The notes under the pieces are model-generated. The model worked only from the letters and a program-made list of their open reading frames with translations. It made no database searches and was not told where the DNA came from. From positions 744,001 through 808,000 of the forward strand of contig MU058463.1 of the NCBI GenBank assembly GCA_013265495.1: a stretch of 64,000 nt of DNA, in the 5' to 3' direction. Source of the DNA: Vicugna vicugna (taxonomy: Eukaryota). Below are positions 12,691-25,170 of this stretch, piece by piece (position 1 is the first letter of the stretch; each line of letters starts with the position of its first letter). The position numbers and the translations under genes were made by a program.

Positions 12691-15109
12691 CTACCTAATG
12701 AATTGAAAAAATAACTATCTTATATACACTGTGAAAGAGAAATCTATCTTTCTATCTAAATATCTACATATATGCTAAAAAAAATGTGTGTGAGGCCCAT
12801 ATTACATGAATCTATCTAACAAGACAAAGTAAGTAAGAGTCACTATCCATGTGACGAGTCATTTCCAGGTACACACTTTAGCTAGAATATTAAAGAAATA
12901 TAATGAGTCAAAACTCAATACAATATTATTTTTTCCTTTTGGCTAGATTTCAGTAAAATATTTCAAGATTATATCTCTAGTCAGATGACCTGAGTTTCAT
13001 TCATTTACTAACATTTTCTTTACCCATAAATTACAATTCAATTTTATATTGAGAGGGCTTTTTTTTAATCAAAATACTATAATTTATAAATCATGAAAAT
13101 GTGGTTAAAAGATGACTTACTAAATATCTTTTGGTGGAACACTTAATTATCTAACTCTTAATTGAAATAGTAAAAGAACATACCAGTGAGTATTCATTGA
13201 ACTGGCATGAAATTTAAATTGCCATGGACAAGATAGTTCCGTAAAATGTGTTATGTTGCAAATGTAGTAACCATTAACATTGAAAATACAAAGTTTTATT
13301 TTGTAACATCCTTCTTACAAAACTCATGTTTAGGAATAAAGAAATATAATTTAACAACATTTTAATGTCGAATCAACCAATAAGTTTCAAGATCCAAATC
13401 TTAAAGATTTATGAAATGTTTCTTAATAGCAGCTATTGACATGCAAGTTTCTACTTCCCTTAAATAGAGGAAATATAGTTGTATTTGTTAGTTTTGAATG
13501 TGGAAGAAACATTGGATTTCTGTTCTCAGTTTATAAGATTGCAAATGGAATTATTTGGAATTATTTGTAAAGATGTAGTCTTCTATATAGTGGTATCAGA
13601 AGTAGGTGCTAATGATGCTGACTTGTGAGTATGATACTAAAGCTTTTTGTAATTCTCATAGAACGTGAGAGAGCTCCCAGCTTTTGAAGATTAAATCAGT
13701 AAACGTATTTAAATGTTCGGTAAAAGAGCTGACCCTGCTTTGCAGCAGGTAAACATTCAAAGCAAAAATTGAAGTTTAGTTATGGTATGTTTATGCATTT
13801 CAATAATAGCACTTCACCGTGATTTTTCAACATACTCAACTTTAATTTTTACATACTGTGGTTACAAATCATGATAGAACAGTTAATTTTTATTATTTCA
13901 TTATTGCCACTGACACACTTAAAGAATAGCATTTCAGTCACCTTACAGGGGATAGACTCAAAGGAAAATAAGCTAAACTTCTTTTCATCTTTTGACTAAA
14001 ATTAGTATTCAGAAGAAAAAAACGAACAATTTCTTTGAACCTGCAGGTCAGGTTTAATGCAGATTTCCTATTACCTGTGGTCTCATGGGGTTTGTATGCA
14101 TCATATATGAAATGAATGAACCAACTATTACTATCAGCTCAACTACAAAGATATGAAAACTGGTGAATTTTTTTCCTTTTTATTCTTACCTTTATAGGTA
14201 TCTTTTATTTCACTTTTCTTGCTTAGTGGTTCATGTATTACTGATTGAAAAAACAATTCAAAAATAAACCTAAAAGTGTAAGAATTCAAAAGGACCACAA
14301 TTTAACTCTTCTGGTGCTGCAGTAAATTAATATTAGAATAAGACAATAAATTGCTTTGTTCACATTTAGAAGTATAATATATTATGTTTATGCAGAGTTT
14401 TCAAATAACATTTTTTCCCTGAACATTGTCAAGAAATGTGGTTTATTGCAAATGGAGCCAGAGAAACATCCTTCATTTGGAAGAGACTCAAAAAAATCTG
14501 TAAAATAAAAGGCTCAAAGGTCTGTGTCTGATGTGGGAAGGGAAGGAGAAGGAAGGACAGGTGTGAAGTTTGGAGATGGGGGAGATACCCGGGGAAAGTC
14601 TTACTAAGCAAACAATCACTCCAGCTCTTCATCAGGATAGGCTAGTTATGTGAACACATACTTTTGGAAAAACTGTGTATAAGTCAATATATTTGACCTT
14701 TATCTAAAGTTACTTGTATATCTCTAAACAAGATAAGGAATGAATATCAGCTTTCTATAAGAATATTTTAATAAAGTAACAAAAAGTTACATTTCTTCAT
14801 GAGTCCATTTTTTAATAAAAGAGAACATGCATAGTTGTAATAGTGTCTCAAATCAAACTAAAGTTAAATATGGTCTGAGTAATTTATGTGTTTTTTTCAT
14901 AGTGGGGGTATTTTTATTCATATTCACTTTAAAATCTTTGCTTGACTCAGAACTGAAAGCGCTCTCCAGCATTTGATCGACCTCCCGTGGTGAGGGGAAA
15001 GACAGTGTCATATAGACCACGACAAGAAGCTTCCTAAGTGGAGTGTGTGTGATGTATGCGGATAATGTTACTAAGGCTCAGTGTAGCTGCATGGTAGCAT
15101 AGTGTATTT

Positions 15110-16575
15110 TTAATTAATAAGTTATATTTTAGTAAACTATTTTAGGCTCATAGCAAAATAGAACAGAAAGTATGGAGTTCCCAAACTCCCTGGCCCTCAC
15201 CCCCCAGAACAACCCCACTATCAACATACACATCACAGTGGTACATTTGTTTCAACTGAACTGAAATTGAAAAGTTATTATCACCCAAAGTCCACAGTTT
15301 ACATTAGGTTTCATTCTTGGTGGTGTACATTCTATGTATTTTGATAAGTGTATAATGACCTGTATCCACCATTGGAGTCTCATACAGAATAGCTTCACTG
15401 CTCTATGTTCTGCCTACTTATCCCTCTTTGCCCTAATGCCTGACAACCACGGATAATTTTACTCTCTATAGTTTTGCCTTTTTCAGAATTGTATATAATT
15501 TGAATCATAATTTGAAGAATATAATTTTTGTAGATTGGCTTCTTTCACTTAGTAGGATGCATTTAAGTTTTCTTCATGTCTTTTCATGGTTTAATAGCCA
15601 ATTTATTTTAAGCTCTGAATAATATTCTTATGTCGAGATGTACCAGAACTTATTTATTCATTCACCTGCCTTAAGACATCTTGGTGCTTCTACGATTTGA
15701 CAATTATAAGTAACTCTGCTATAAACATTCATGTGCAGATTTTTGTGTAGGCATAAGTTTTCAATTCATTTGCATAAATACCAAGGAGCTCTGGATCATG
15801 TAGTAAGGGTATGTATAATTTTGTAATAAGCTGCCAAATTGTCTTCCAAAGAAGCTGCACCATTTTGCATTCCCACCAGCAATGAGTGAGAGTTCTTATT
15901 GCTCTACATCCTTGCCAGCAATTGCCTGTCAGTGTTCCAGGTTTTGGCCATTCTAATAGACGTGTAGTAATATCTCGCTGTTGTTTTAATTTGTAATTCT
16001 CTAATGACATATGATGTTGGACATCTTTTCATATGCTTACTTGCCATTTACATAAGACATATTTGATGAGGTGTCTGTTCAGATCTTTATCTGTTTTTAA
16101 TTTTTTAAAACTTTTTCTCATGTTTGATTTTTTTGAATTTGAGTTCTTTGTATATTTTGGATAACAGCCCCTTATCAGATGTGTCTTTTGCAAATATTTC
16201 CTCCCAGACTGTGGCTTGTTTTCTTATTTTCTGAACATTGTGTGCTGCAGAACAGAGGATTTTAACTTAAATGAAGTCCAGGGTATCAATTATTTCTTTC
16301 ATGGATGGCACCTTTATTAGTGCCTTTATCTAAAAATAATCACCATAACCAAAATCAATTAGATTTTCTCCTATGTTATTTTCTGGGAATTTTATAGTTT
16401 TGTATCTTACGTTTAAATCTATGGCACATTTTGAGTTAACTTTTGTTAAGTTCTGTGTCTAGATTCCTTGTTTTGTCTGTGGATGTCCACTTGTTCTGGC
16501 ACCATTTGTTGAAAAGACTATTTTTCCCACTGTACTGCCTTTGCTCCTTTGTTCAAGATCAGTTGACTTTATGTG
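15110..16575 (-). mobile_element. L1MC1-like 3'UTR plus ORF2 3' part
   Basis: 3'UTR motifs (catcacagtggtacatttgtt, tcacccaaagtccacagtttacattagg). ORF 15729-16010 contains L1 ORF2 cysteine-rich CWQGC...HCWWECKMVQLLWKTIWQ. Confidence 0.9.
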
Positions 16576-17260
16576 AGCCTTTAAAAGTAATGTGGTGACA
16601 AGGTGTGAGGACATAGGAAGCATAATATAGTCCTGGACCATCAGTCTTCTGGCGAGCCTGTGCCCCTGGATTGTGATCTTCAGCAATGCATATCAGATTT
16701 TTCCCCATTTAGGTGGGACAGAATGGCTAAAGGGAGCTGGAGTTGGGTACTTCCCTTCCTGTGGGTAGGTTAGACTCTGATAAAACACTTTCTCCTGAGG
16801 GCACATAATGCTCTGGAGTATATCAACATGGCTATTTTTTGCCTACTTTTGCCTGAAGCCAGAGGGTTTTTTTTTCCACTTTGGCATTCATTGTGAGGGT
16901 CTGATAAGGCTTTTGGAGTAAAACTCACATAAATATGGAGGCCGCCCATGACCAAGTCCCTGCAGTTTTTAATCTCTCAGGCTTGTCCACACTGACCTCC
17001 AGTAATTTGTCAGTTGCAGTTTGTTTTCCTACCCCTGCATGGTTACTGTGGAGGTTTCTGCTTATGGGTTTCTGCTCTGGTAAGCTGTGATTTTCTGAAA
17101 TCAATCACCTCAAATCTGAGGGGCAGTGGTTTGCCCTGTGACTTCATTTCTCTTCTAGATCTAAGACTAGCTGTTGATTTTTCAGTTTGTATAACTTTTT
17201 GCTTGTTGGTAGGATGAAGTGGCAATTTCTAAGCTCCTTATGTTCTGGACTACAAATCTG
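16576..17260 (-). mobile_element. L1MC/MD-like 5'UTR directly fused to the ORF2 fragment
   Basis: GC-richer segment (gagcctgtgcccctggattgtgatcttcagc...cagtggtttgccctgtgacttc) typical of old L1M 5' ends. Homologous to 56580-57015 in this window. Confidence 0.7.
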
Positions 17261-18709
17261 ATTTGGTTTCTTAAAAAGAAGGCATTTTAGATTGCACTGT
17301 AGTTACATTAAAATATCTCTTCTCTAACTACACTCTCAAATTCCAGCTATGAATTCACATAGAAAAACATATGGCAGGGTTATTGTTATTTTTATATGCT
17401 TTCCAGCCTTTAAAAAATTTGAGTGTTCTAATTTTAATATTATTATATCACTTAATCCATAGTAACAAATCGTTGTTAATCTTTGTATTAAATTTTCAAA
17501 AATATTATACAATCACTTTGTCAAGTTTTACTCAGTATATAATTCTTTATCATTATGAGAGTACTTAAGTCTTTTACTGCAATAGTAACGATATATTTTG
17601 ATGCTATTTTTGTCAGTCTCTTGATTCATCCTATTTTTTTGTTATCTTTTTGGGTTCTCATTGTATTCTTTCTATTGGTGTATGCCTAGTTCTGTTTATT
17701 TTTGTCTCTGTTAATTTGGAATGCATGCACTCATTTAAAAAATTTATTTGCAAATATATTTTAGCATGTACATACAGAGGACTTCTTTTCATCCGAAAAA
17801 CTACAGAGTAGCCAACAATGGGGTTGGGAAAAGTTAATTTGTGCAAGATTTGAAAGTTCCCAGAAAAGGAAAGAGAGCGTCATCCCACTGGGTGTGTAAA
17901 GTTTTTTCAGGGTGGGGGTTCGCCATCTATGATAAGTTTGTGGAAGGCCCTTCCAGAGGTTTTAATATGCAAGTTCTATCTTGTCACCTGGAGAGGTTGG
18001 CCCTGTTGTGTCAAGCAAGGGGTGCCAGCATACCGTCATTTTTTTTTTAACCTTTTAATATCTTTAAACCACCAAAAATAGCCATGAACTTTAGCAGCTA
18101 AATTATGCTAGCAGTATCCCTGGTGAAATGATTCTCATCACTCTTGCGTTTCTCCTCTGCTCGCCCTCTAAAACTGAGGCATTTGTGGAGAGGGAGATCT
18201 GAATGGCTCTTTGCTACTAATTTTTAAATTTATGAGTCAGTCTTCAATATCTTATTTCATAACTAGCAGAAATTCATAATGTGTTACTTGTTCTCAGTAC
18301 TGGTTCAAAGATTTTGTGTGTGTGTATGCATCTATTTGTTAAATTAAAGGCTTAACTCAGTTCTAACAAAAATATCAATAAAGTTCCCATTGGAAGAATG
18401 AATAAATAAATCTAGCAAAGAAAATACTGAAAAATAAACATTTTAGCACTTATATATTGATTTGTAATATTATTTACAGAATTATTTGAACAACTACACT
18501 TTAGTGACTATCATTGATCCTTTTCCATAACTCTATATCATAAATACTGAGTTTTTATTTACTTGTAAACAGAACCAGTATTTATTTTCCTCATAAAAGG
18601 ATTTGCTATGATATAATTTCCGTGATATCAAATATATTTGAGTTTCCTTTTGTAGCTTCTTCTCCATAAGTCATGGCTTGGATTACCTGAGAATTATTGG
18701 GTCTAATCT

Positions 18710-19010
18710 TTACTGACTAGGATTTTGTTTGGCAAGTCACAGGATGCTTCATTAAGAATGGTTTACGCAGGTAGGGGGAAAAATCCCTTAAAAACATTAA
18801 GATAAATGGAACTAGGCAATCTAATGCACCATCATAAAGGACCCGGGATCTATTCATTTCCGTGTTCTGTTTATCGTAACATTTGTTTTCATCTTCATGA
18901 TTTAAAAATGGTTGCTCTACCTCAGGGAAGCTCATCTAAGTTTCAGGCAAGAAGAAGAGTGAGGAAACAAGGGGAAGAGTCTGATTTAGATAAGTTTATG
19001 TGCCATGACT
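18710..19010 (-). mobile_element. Old MaLR LTR fragment (MLT1J-like)
   Basis: ggattttgtttggcaagtcacagga...aaggacccgggatctattcatttcc...aaaatggttgctctacctc...tttcaggcaagaagaag. Confidence 0.5.
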
Positions 19011-19185
19011 TTGCATCCTTTAAAACAATTTTTTGAAGTTTTACTTCTGTATGAAGAGCTAAGTAAAAACACCCCTACTGCTGTAATGACAAGAAAAATC
19101 TTGATAATCTATAAAATTATAATTTTCATGATTTCCCTGATGTTGATTATATTTTAATATACTTACAAACAATAGCAAGTTTCAT

Positions 19186-19220
19186 TGAATAAATGAATGA
19201 ATGAGTGAATGAATGAATAA
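19186..19220 (+). repeat. (GAAT)n short tandem repeat, probably an L2 tail
   Basis: tgaataaatgaatgaatgagtgaatgaatgaataa. Confidence 0.7.
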
Positions 19221-20959
19221 TCTACTGGTGGAAGTGTAGGAGGTTGTCATAATAAGTAAGAGTTGTGTTGGTAGAGTAGATTTGTACCTTGGTAGAAATG
19301 TCTTTCTATTTCAAAAATACTGTCCAGGTTAACTGTGCCTTCATTTTCAAAAGGTAGATTCAGAAGGAACACACAGTGAGTTTCTCATTTACATATAGAC
19401 ATATTAAAGGGTGTGACTCCATCAAAATCTTGTATCAAAATATTTGATGAATTAAAAGTAGTAAGATCATTGTTGTTCTTGAATCATATTCTACTTTTCT
19501 AGATTGATAACTTGTGACAAAATAAAATACAACCTGAAGTGAGAGAGCTAATATCAGCTACTAAATAAATGTTTTGGGCTTCCTTTTTTTTTTTTAATCT
19601 CTTGTTAATTATATAGCTTTTGGTAAGTTGTTTATATATTCTGAAGTTTAGTTTTCTCATCTAAATTAAGAATCATAGATTATTGAGGGATTAATACATG
19701 AATTTATTCACTTAAAATACTATTGAGCATCATCTATATGCCATTTAATGTTAAAATATCAGGTGTAAGTCAAAGAAATACCTAGAACACAGGCAGTGAA
19801 CAGATATTAGTTTTCAAATAACACAACTCCATCTGACTTCACTTATTAAAAAATAAATGAATCATTATTTTTAATTCAAAGTAGTATACTCATTAAAAAA
19901 TCTATATACCTGTACTTCTTGAAATGTTGTGAGATTGACACAAGTTCAAATCATAGTTTATTTTACTCACTGAAATTCCAAGTTGCCTACATATATATTC
20001 AGTAGTAAGTTGTAAAAAATTTAGCTTACATATTTAGAAAAAGAAAAATATAGGATGCCTAATATAAGTCAAATAAAAGGCATTCAGTTCCTGCAATGCA
20101 CTGTAGAGTCCAAATGTAATTGCCTTATTGACATCATGATAAATGTAGTTTAGAAAGTTCAGATAAATATCTGTGACCTCCACTCACAAATGTGTTCAAC
20201 CATTCATGCTTCAAATGCCTATCATATTTTTCAATGAGAATAATTTGTAGTCTGTCTTTTAGTCTGCTTGAATGTGACACTGAGAGAAAAGTTTATTAAT
20301 AAACTATTGTTAGTGGGAAAATAATTGAAATGTGATAAGAAAACACTTAATAATAAGGGCTTTTAGATTGTGTAGGACCAAATGATTTCAGTTAAGTTCT
20401 TGTATTCTACAAACCTCTAATGGCATAAACGTAATGTTTCTGATTTATATATCCACAACAACAAAGAAATATAAAAAGTGTCAAAGGCACATCAGCATTT
20501 GCTGGAGGAGGGGCAAGAAGTTGAAAGAGTGATAACTGCTGGATTAGGTGAGAAAAAAGTGGCTACCTAAGTACTTCCATAGAGGAAGATATGCCAAAAG
20601 AGGAGTCATTCTTTCCAGCACATTGAGAGGCTGAGGTCACTGCAATGCTCAGCGGGCAGAGGCAGGAGTTAGACACAGGGCTGAGAAACAGTTATTACTT
20701 TCAAGTATTCCTAGAGAAGTGTTAGATCCACTCTGGATCCCATTTTCCGTGCAAAATCTCTGCAGATAGGAAGATAAAGAAATAAAAATGTGCTTCTCTG
20801 AAGACACTGCAAGGTCCTGAGCAAATTTTCTAACACATTTTCCAATTTTACATATTCCTAAATACATTTGTATTTAGTTAGGTATGTTTCCAGACTAAAA
20901 GCCCACTCCTACCTGATGGATCTAAAGTAAAGCCTGTCAGTTCCAGTGACAGGCACAGA

Positions 20960-21220
20960 GCACTGCAATATCTTTTCATTGTTGTTGTAGGTTAGGTTAA
21001 CCTTTGAAAATTAAGTGAAAACCAGTAATAACTAAATTTACAACTTGATAGATATCACAATAAAGTAATGGAAAAATTGACCTCCCCAAAGTGATAAAAT
21101 TCTATGAAAAAAAAGATGCTTCAAAGTGCATGCATAACATGTGCATTTATGCATAAATGCACAATTCTAGTGGTATTTCAAAGAGACTCAAGAATACGGT
21201 ACAGCCATAAAGAACATCTA
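20960..21220. mobile_element. Possible MER103C-like hAT remnant
   Basis: cctttgaaaattaagtgaaaacc...tgcatgcataacatgtgc...ataaagaacatct resembles the MER103C layout. Weak match. Confidence 0.35.
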
Positions 21221-21309
21221 CTTAATGTAAAAGGTAAGAAATGGAAAGAACTATTAAAATAAAAGTACTGCACATTTAAAATAATAATATTATTAATTAA
21301 CTAATAAGC

Positions 21310-21760
21310 TGGCATAAGGACAGAGAATAAGTGAGAATAGCAGAGACACATAAAGTCCTAATGTAAAATATAAGAAAAATGAAAGGGAAAAAAGGGAAAC
21401 AGAGGGAAAGAAAATGTTTATAGTTTAGGGCAAATGTTTGCACATTGATAGAGTTCATCATGTACTAGCAACTGAAAGATAAAAAGACCCAGACCTTGAT
21501 AAATCATTGTGAAAGTTCAGAACACTAAGGATAAAAGAAAATTTTAGCTCTCTAAAGAGCACAAGAGTATTATAATATCATCAAATGGTTCTTGAGCAAT
21601 ACAAGATAATATAATAAAATATATTTACTACTTCAAATTCCTGAGAAAAAATTTAATTTAATATTGAATTCCGTAATAAGACCAACACTTAATCAAATCT
21701 ATTGATAGATTATTTTTAGATGTGTCTACATTCAGTATCTTATGATATTGTGTGAGGATT
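21310..21760 (+). mobile_element. HAL1/L1ME ORF1-like fragment, continuing at about 23515-23780
   Basis: aaaagacccagaccttgataaatcattgtgaaagttcagaacactaaggataaaag is a typical old ORF1 motif. A compatible sequence resumes after the younger L1. Confidence 0.5.
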
Positions 21761-21785
21761 ATTTAAAATACTACAGGGCATTATT

Positions 21786-23290
21786 AATACTACAGAGCTA
21801 CAGTAATCAAAACAGCATGGTATTGGCATAAAAACAGACATATGTATCAAAGGAACAGAAATAGAGAGCCCAGAAATAAACCCAGAGATCTATGGTCTAT
21901 TAATTTTCAACAAAGGAGGAATAATATACAATGGAGAAAAGACAGTCTCTTCAGCAAGTTGTGCTGGGAAAACTAGATAGCAGCATGTAAATCAATGAAG
22001 TTAGAGAACTCCCTCACACCATACACAAAAATAAACTCAAAATTGCTTAAAGACTTGAATATAAGTTAAGACACGATAAACCTCCTAGAAGAAAACATGG
22101 GCAAAACATTCTCTGACATAAATTTTAGCAATATTCTCCTAAGGCAGTCTACCTAGGCAAGAGAAATAAAGGCAAAAATTAACAAATGGGACTTAATTAA
22201 ACTTATAAGCTTTTGTACAGCAAAGGAAATGATAAGTAAAACAAAACAACAACCTACAGAGTGAGGGAAAATACTTGCAAATGATGCGACTGACAAAGGC
22301 TTAATTTCCAGAATCTATATACAGCTCATACAACTTAATAACAAAAACAAACAACCCAATCAAAAAATAAGCAGGAGACCTAAACAAGCAATTCTCCAAT
22401 GAAGACATACAAATGGCCAATAGGCACATGAAAAGTTGCTCAATATTGCTAATTATCAGAGAAATGCAAATCAAAACTACAATGAGGGATCACCTCACAC
22501 CGGTCAGAATGGCTATCATTCAAAAGTCCACAAATGACAAATGCTGGAGAGGCTGTGGAGAAAAGGGGACCCTCCTAGACTGCTGGTGGGAATGTAGTTA
22601 GGTGCAGCCATTTTGGAAAACAATATGGAGATTCCTCAAAAAAATAAAAATAGGCTTAGCATATGATCTAGCCATCCCACTCCTGGGTATATATCTAGAG
22701 GGAACTCTGAAAAGATACATGCAACCCAATGTTGATAGCAGCACTATGTACAATAGCCAAGACATGAAAACAACCTAAATGTCCATAAACAGATGATTGG
22801 ATAAAGAAGATGTGGTGTATTTATACAATGGAATACTACTCAGCCATTAAAAAGAATAAAATAATGCCACTTGCAGCAACGTGGATGGATCTAGAGATTG
22901 TCATAAGTGAAGTAAGCCAGAAAGAGAAAGAAAAATACCATATGATATCACTCATATGTGGAATCTAAAAAAAAAAAGGACTCTATAAACTCATCTACAA
23001 GACAGAAACAGTCTCGCAGACGTAGTAAACAATCTTATGGTTCCTGCAGAAAGGGTGTGGGAAGGGATAAATTTGGGAGTTTGAGATTTTCAAATGTTAG
23101 CTACTATATATAAAAATAGATTTTAAAAAGTTTCTTCTGTATAGCACAAGGAACTATATTCTATATCTTGTAATAACCTTTAATGAAAAAGAAAATGAAA
23201 ACAAATATATGTATGTGTATGCATTACTAAGACATTGTGCTGTACACCAGAAATTGACACATTGTAACTGACTGTACTTCAATTTAAAAT
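21786..23290 (+). mobile_element. Lineage-specific 5'-truncated L1 (about 1.5 kb; ORF2 3' part and 3'UTR)
   Basis: ORF 22413-22601 ([21 protein letters not shown]...[19 protein letters not shown]) is the L1 ORF2 C-terminal region. ORF2 ends near 22967 and the 3'UTR ends gactgtacttcaatttaaaa. Multiple stops and frameshifts. Confidence 0.95.
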
Positions 23291-23515
23291 ATATATATAA
23301 TGTTATTCTTATACATAATATATGTTACTTATAATATCTTACTTATTTTATAATATAATATTTTGCATTTCATACATATTATATTATTTAGGATTACTTA
23401 TATATAAATATTTCAGTATATATACTTACATATATACATATATACATAAATGTGTATATATACACATACATATATATACATATACACATTATATATTTAT
23501 GCATATAAGATATGC
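23291..23515. repeat. AT-rich low-complexity / degenerate (TA)n-(TACA)n tract
   Basis: Visible tatatatacatatatacata runs following the L1 tail. Confidence 0.8.
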
Positions 23516-24356
23516 ATGTGAACAAAGAGGAAAAATCCCACATGAGAATGAACAGAAAAATAGGGATACATGAAATCCAGGAGAGTGGATTCAACTCAGG
23601 AGACTAAGAAGGCAAGTTCTAATGTGAGTTGTGCAATAATACCCTTGAAGAAGACTCAGTAGAGGTTTTATCAAATTTATGCAGGGCATCAGAGAGATTA
23701 CCACTGAAGGAAAACAAAGTCATAGGATTTGATATGATAGTGTCTTTGATAGTTTTAAAGTAATAAATGAGAACATGAAGTTATTCATAGAATTTGAAAT
23801 TTAATATATATTTATATTGTCATCTATAGCCCTAATTTTCAGGAATTTAGCATTATTTGTGATCTTCAATATACATCTTAATTTAACGTTTCCCATATGC
23901 CTTTTTGAGATTATTTCAATTGATCATCTTTTCAGGAGGCATCATAAAAATAAATGTAAGAAATAAGAATTTATATTTCGAATAATTAGAAGTGATAAGT
24001 ATAGAAATCCTAATTTCCTCATCGTCTTATAGAGGAGACTTAACCAATACAATTAAAAAATAATTATTCAATCCTCTTAAGAATTTCATAGTCATTTAAC
24101 AAATTTTAAGGCTATTTAAAATATATTTCCTTTTGTGGTGAAAAAATTAGCTTAGGCTTAACAACTCTTTTTTTGTGTATGAAATTGAAGTTACATTTTA
24201 TATCATCTATTAATATGACTTGTATGGGAGAGTTCTGGTTCCTCTAGAGTCATGTGAAATCTTGATATACCATTACTCCTGATGATTACAACTAAAAATT
24301 CAAAATCCAACAATATAAACAGCTAACTGAGGAAGCAAATAGACAGACAAAGGCAG

Positions 24357-24715
24357 TGTCTTAGTTCATTTGGGCTGCTACAACAAAATACCGCAGACTG
24401 AGTAGCTGACAAGCAGAAATGCATTTCTCACAGTGGTGGAGGCCGAAAGTCCAAGATAGAATGCCACCAGGATCAGATGACAGCCCCCTCCTGGGTTACA
24501 GATTGTGGACTTCTTACTGTGTGCGTCCTCACATGGTTGAAGGGGGCTGCCAGCTTTCTAGGGCGTCTTTTATAAACGCACCACTCCCATTTTTTGGAGG
24601 GCTCGACCCCCATGACCTAGGCACCTCTTAGTGGCCCCGACTCCTAATAATATTTTGTCAGGGATTAGGACTTCAACATATGAATTTTGAGGAGACAAAC
24701 ATTCAGACTATAGCA
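24357..24715 (-). mobile_element. MLT1A0-like MaLR solo LTR
   Basis: tgtcttagttcatttgggctgctacaacaaaatacc ... aaacattcagactatagca. 5-bp TSD ggcag (24352-24356) / agcag (24716-24720). Confidence 0.88.
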
Positions 24716-24789
24716 AGCAGATTGTGGAAAGGAGGCAAAACTTGCAGAGTTGACATGCTTAATAGCAAATGTCTTGGCTTTGCTATTTT

Positions 24790-24807
24790 ATTTTGTTCTG
24801 TTTTGGT

Positions 24808-24835
<28 letters not shown>
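24790..24835. repeat. (GTTTT)n microsatellite
   Basis: ttttgttctgttttggttttgttttgttttgttttgttttgtttt. Confidence 0.85.
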
Positions 24836-24840
<5 letters not shown>

Positions 24841-24919
24841 TATAGCCTTGCTTGGAAGATCAGTGCTTATCATTGGGTGTAACCCAAAGTTTCCTCTTAA
24901 AAAATGGAAAAAGTAGAGC

Positions 24920-25170
24920 ATAGTAAAACCAAAGTAGGAGTAAAATCAGCAAGATTAATAAACAGGCAGATACTATTCAGAAGTAACAATACTGAAAGCT
25001 GACTCATGAAAAGATCAACAAAATTGACAGCTAGACTGATCCTGGGAAAAAAGAGAGGACACAAATCTTCAAATCAGGAATTAATAAGTATAATCAACAC
25101 AGATATGCCTGCATTTATGGAAAATAAGAGAATATGGAGAAAAACATTCTGCTGTGAAATTCTTGAAAAA
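24920..25170 (+). mobile_element. Ancient L1 ORF2 fragment
   Basis: tgaaaagatcaacaaaattgacagctagactgatcc...gaggacacaaatcttcaaatcaggaat matches L1 ORF2. Confidence 0.65.
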
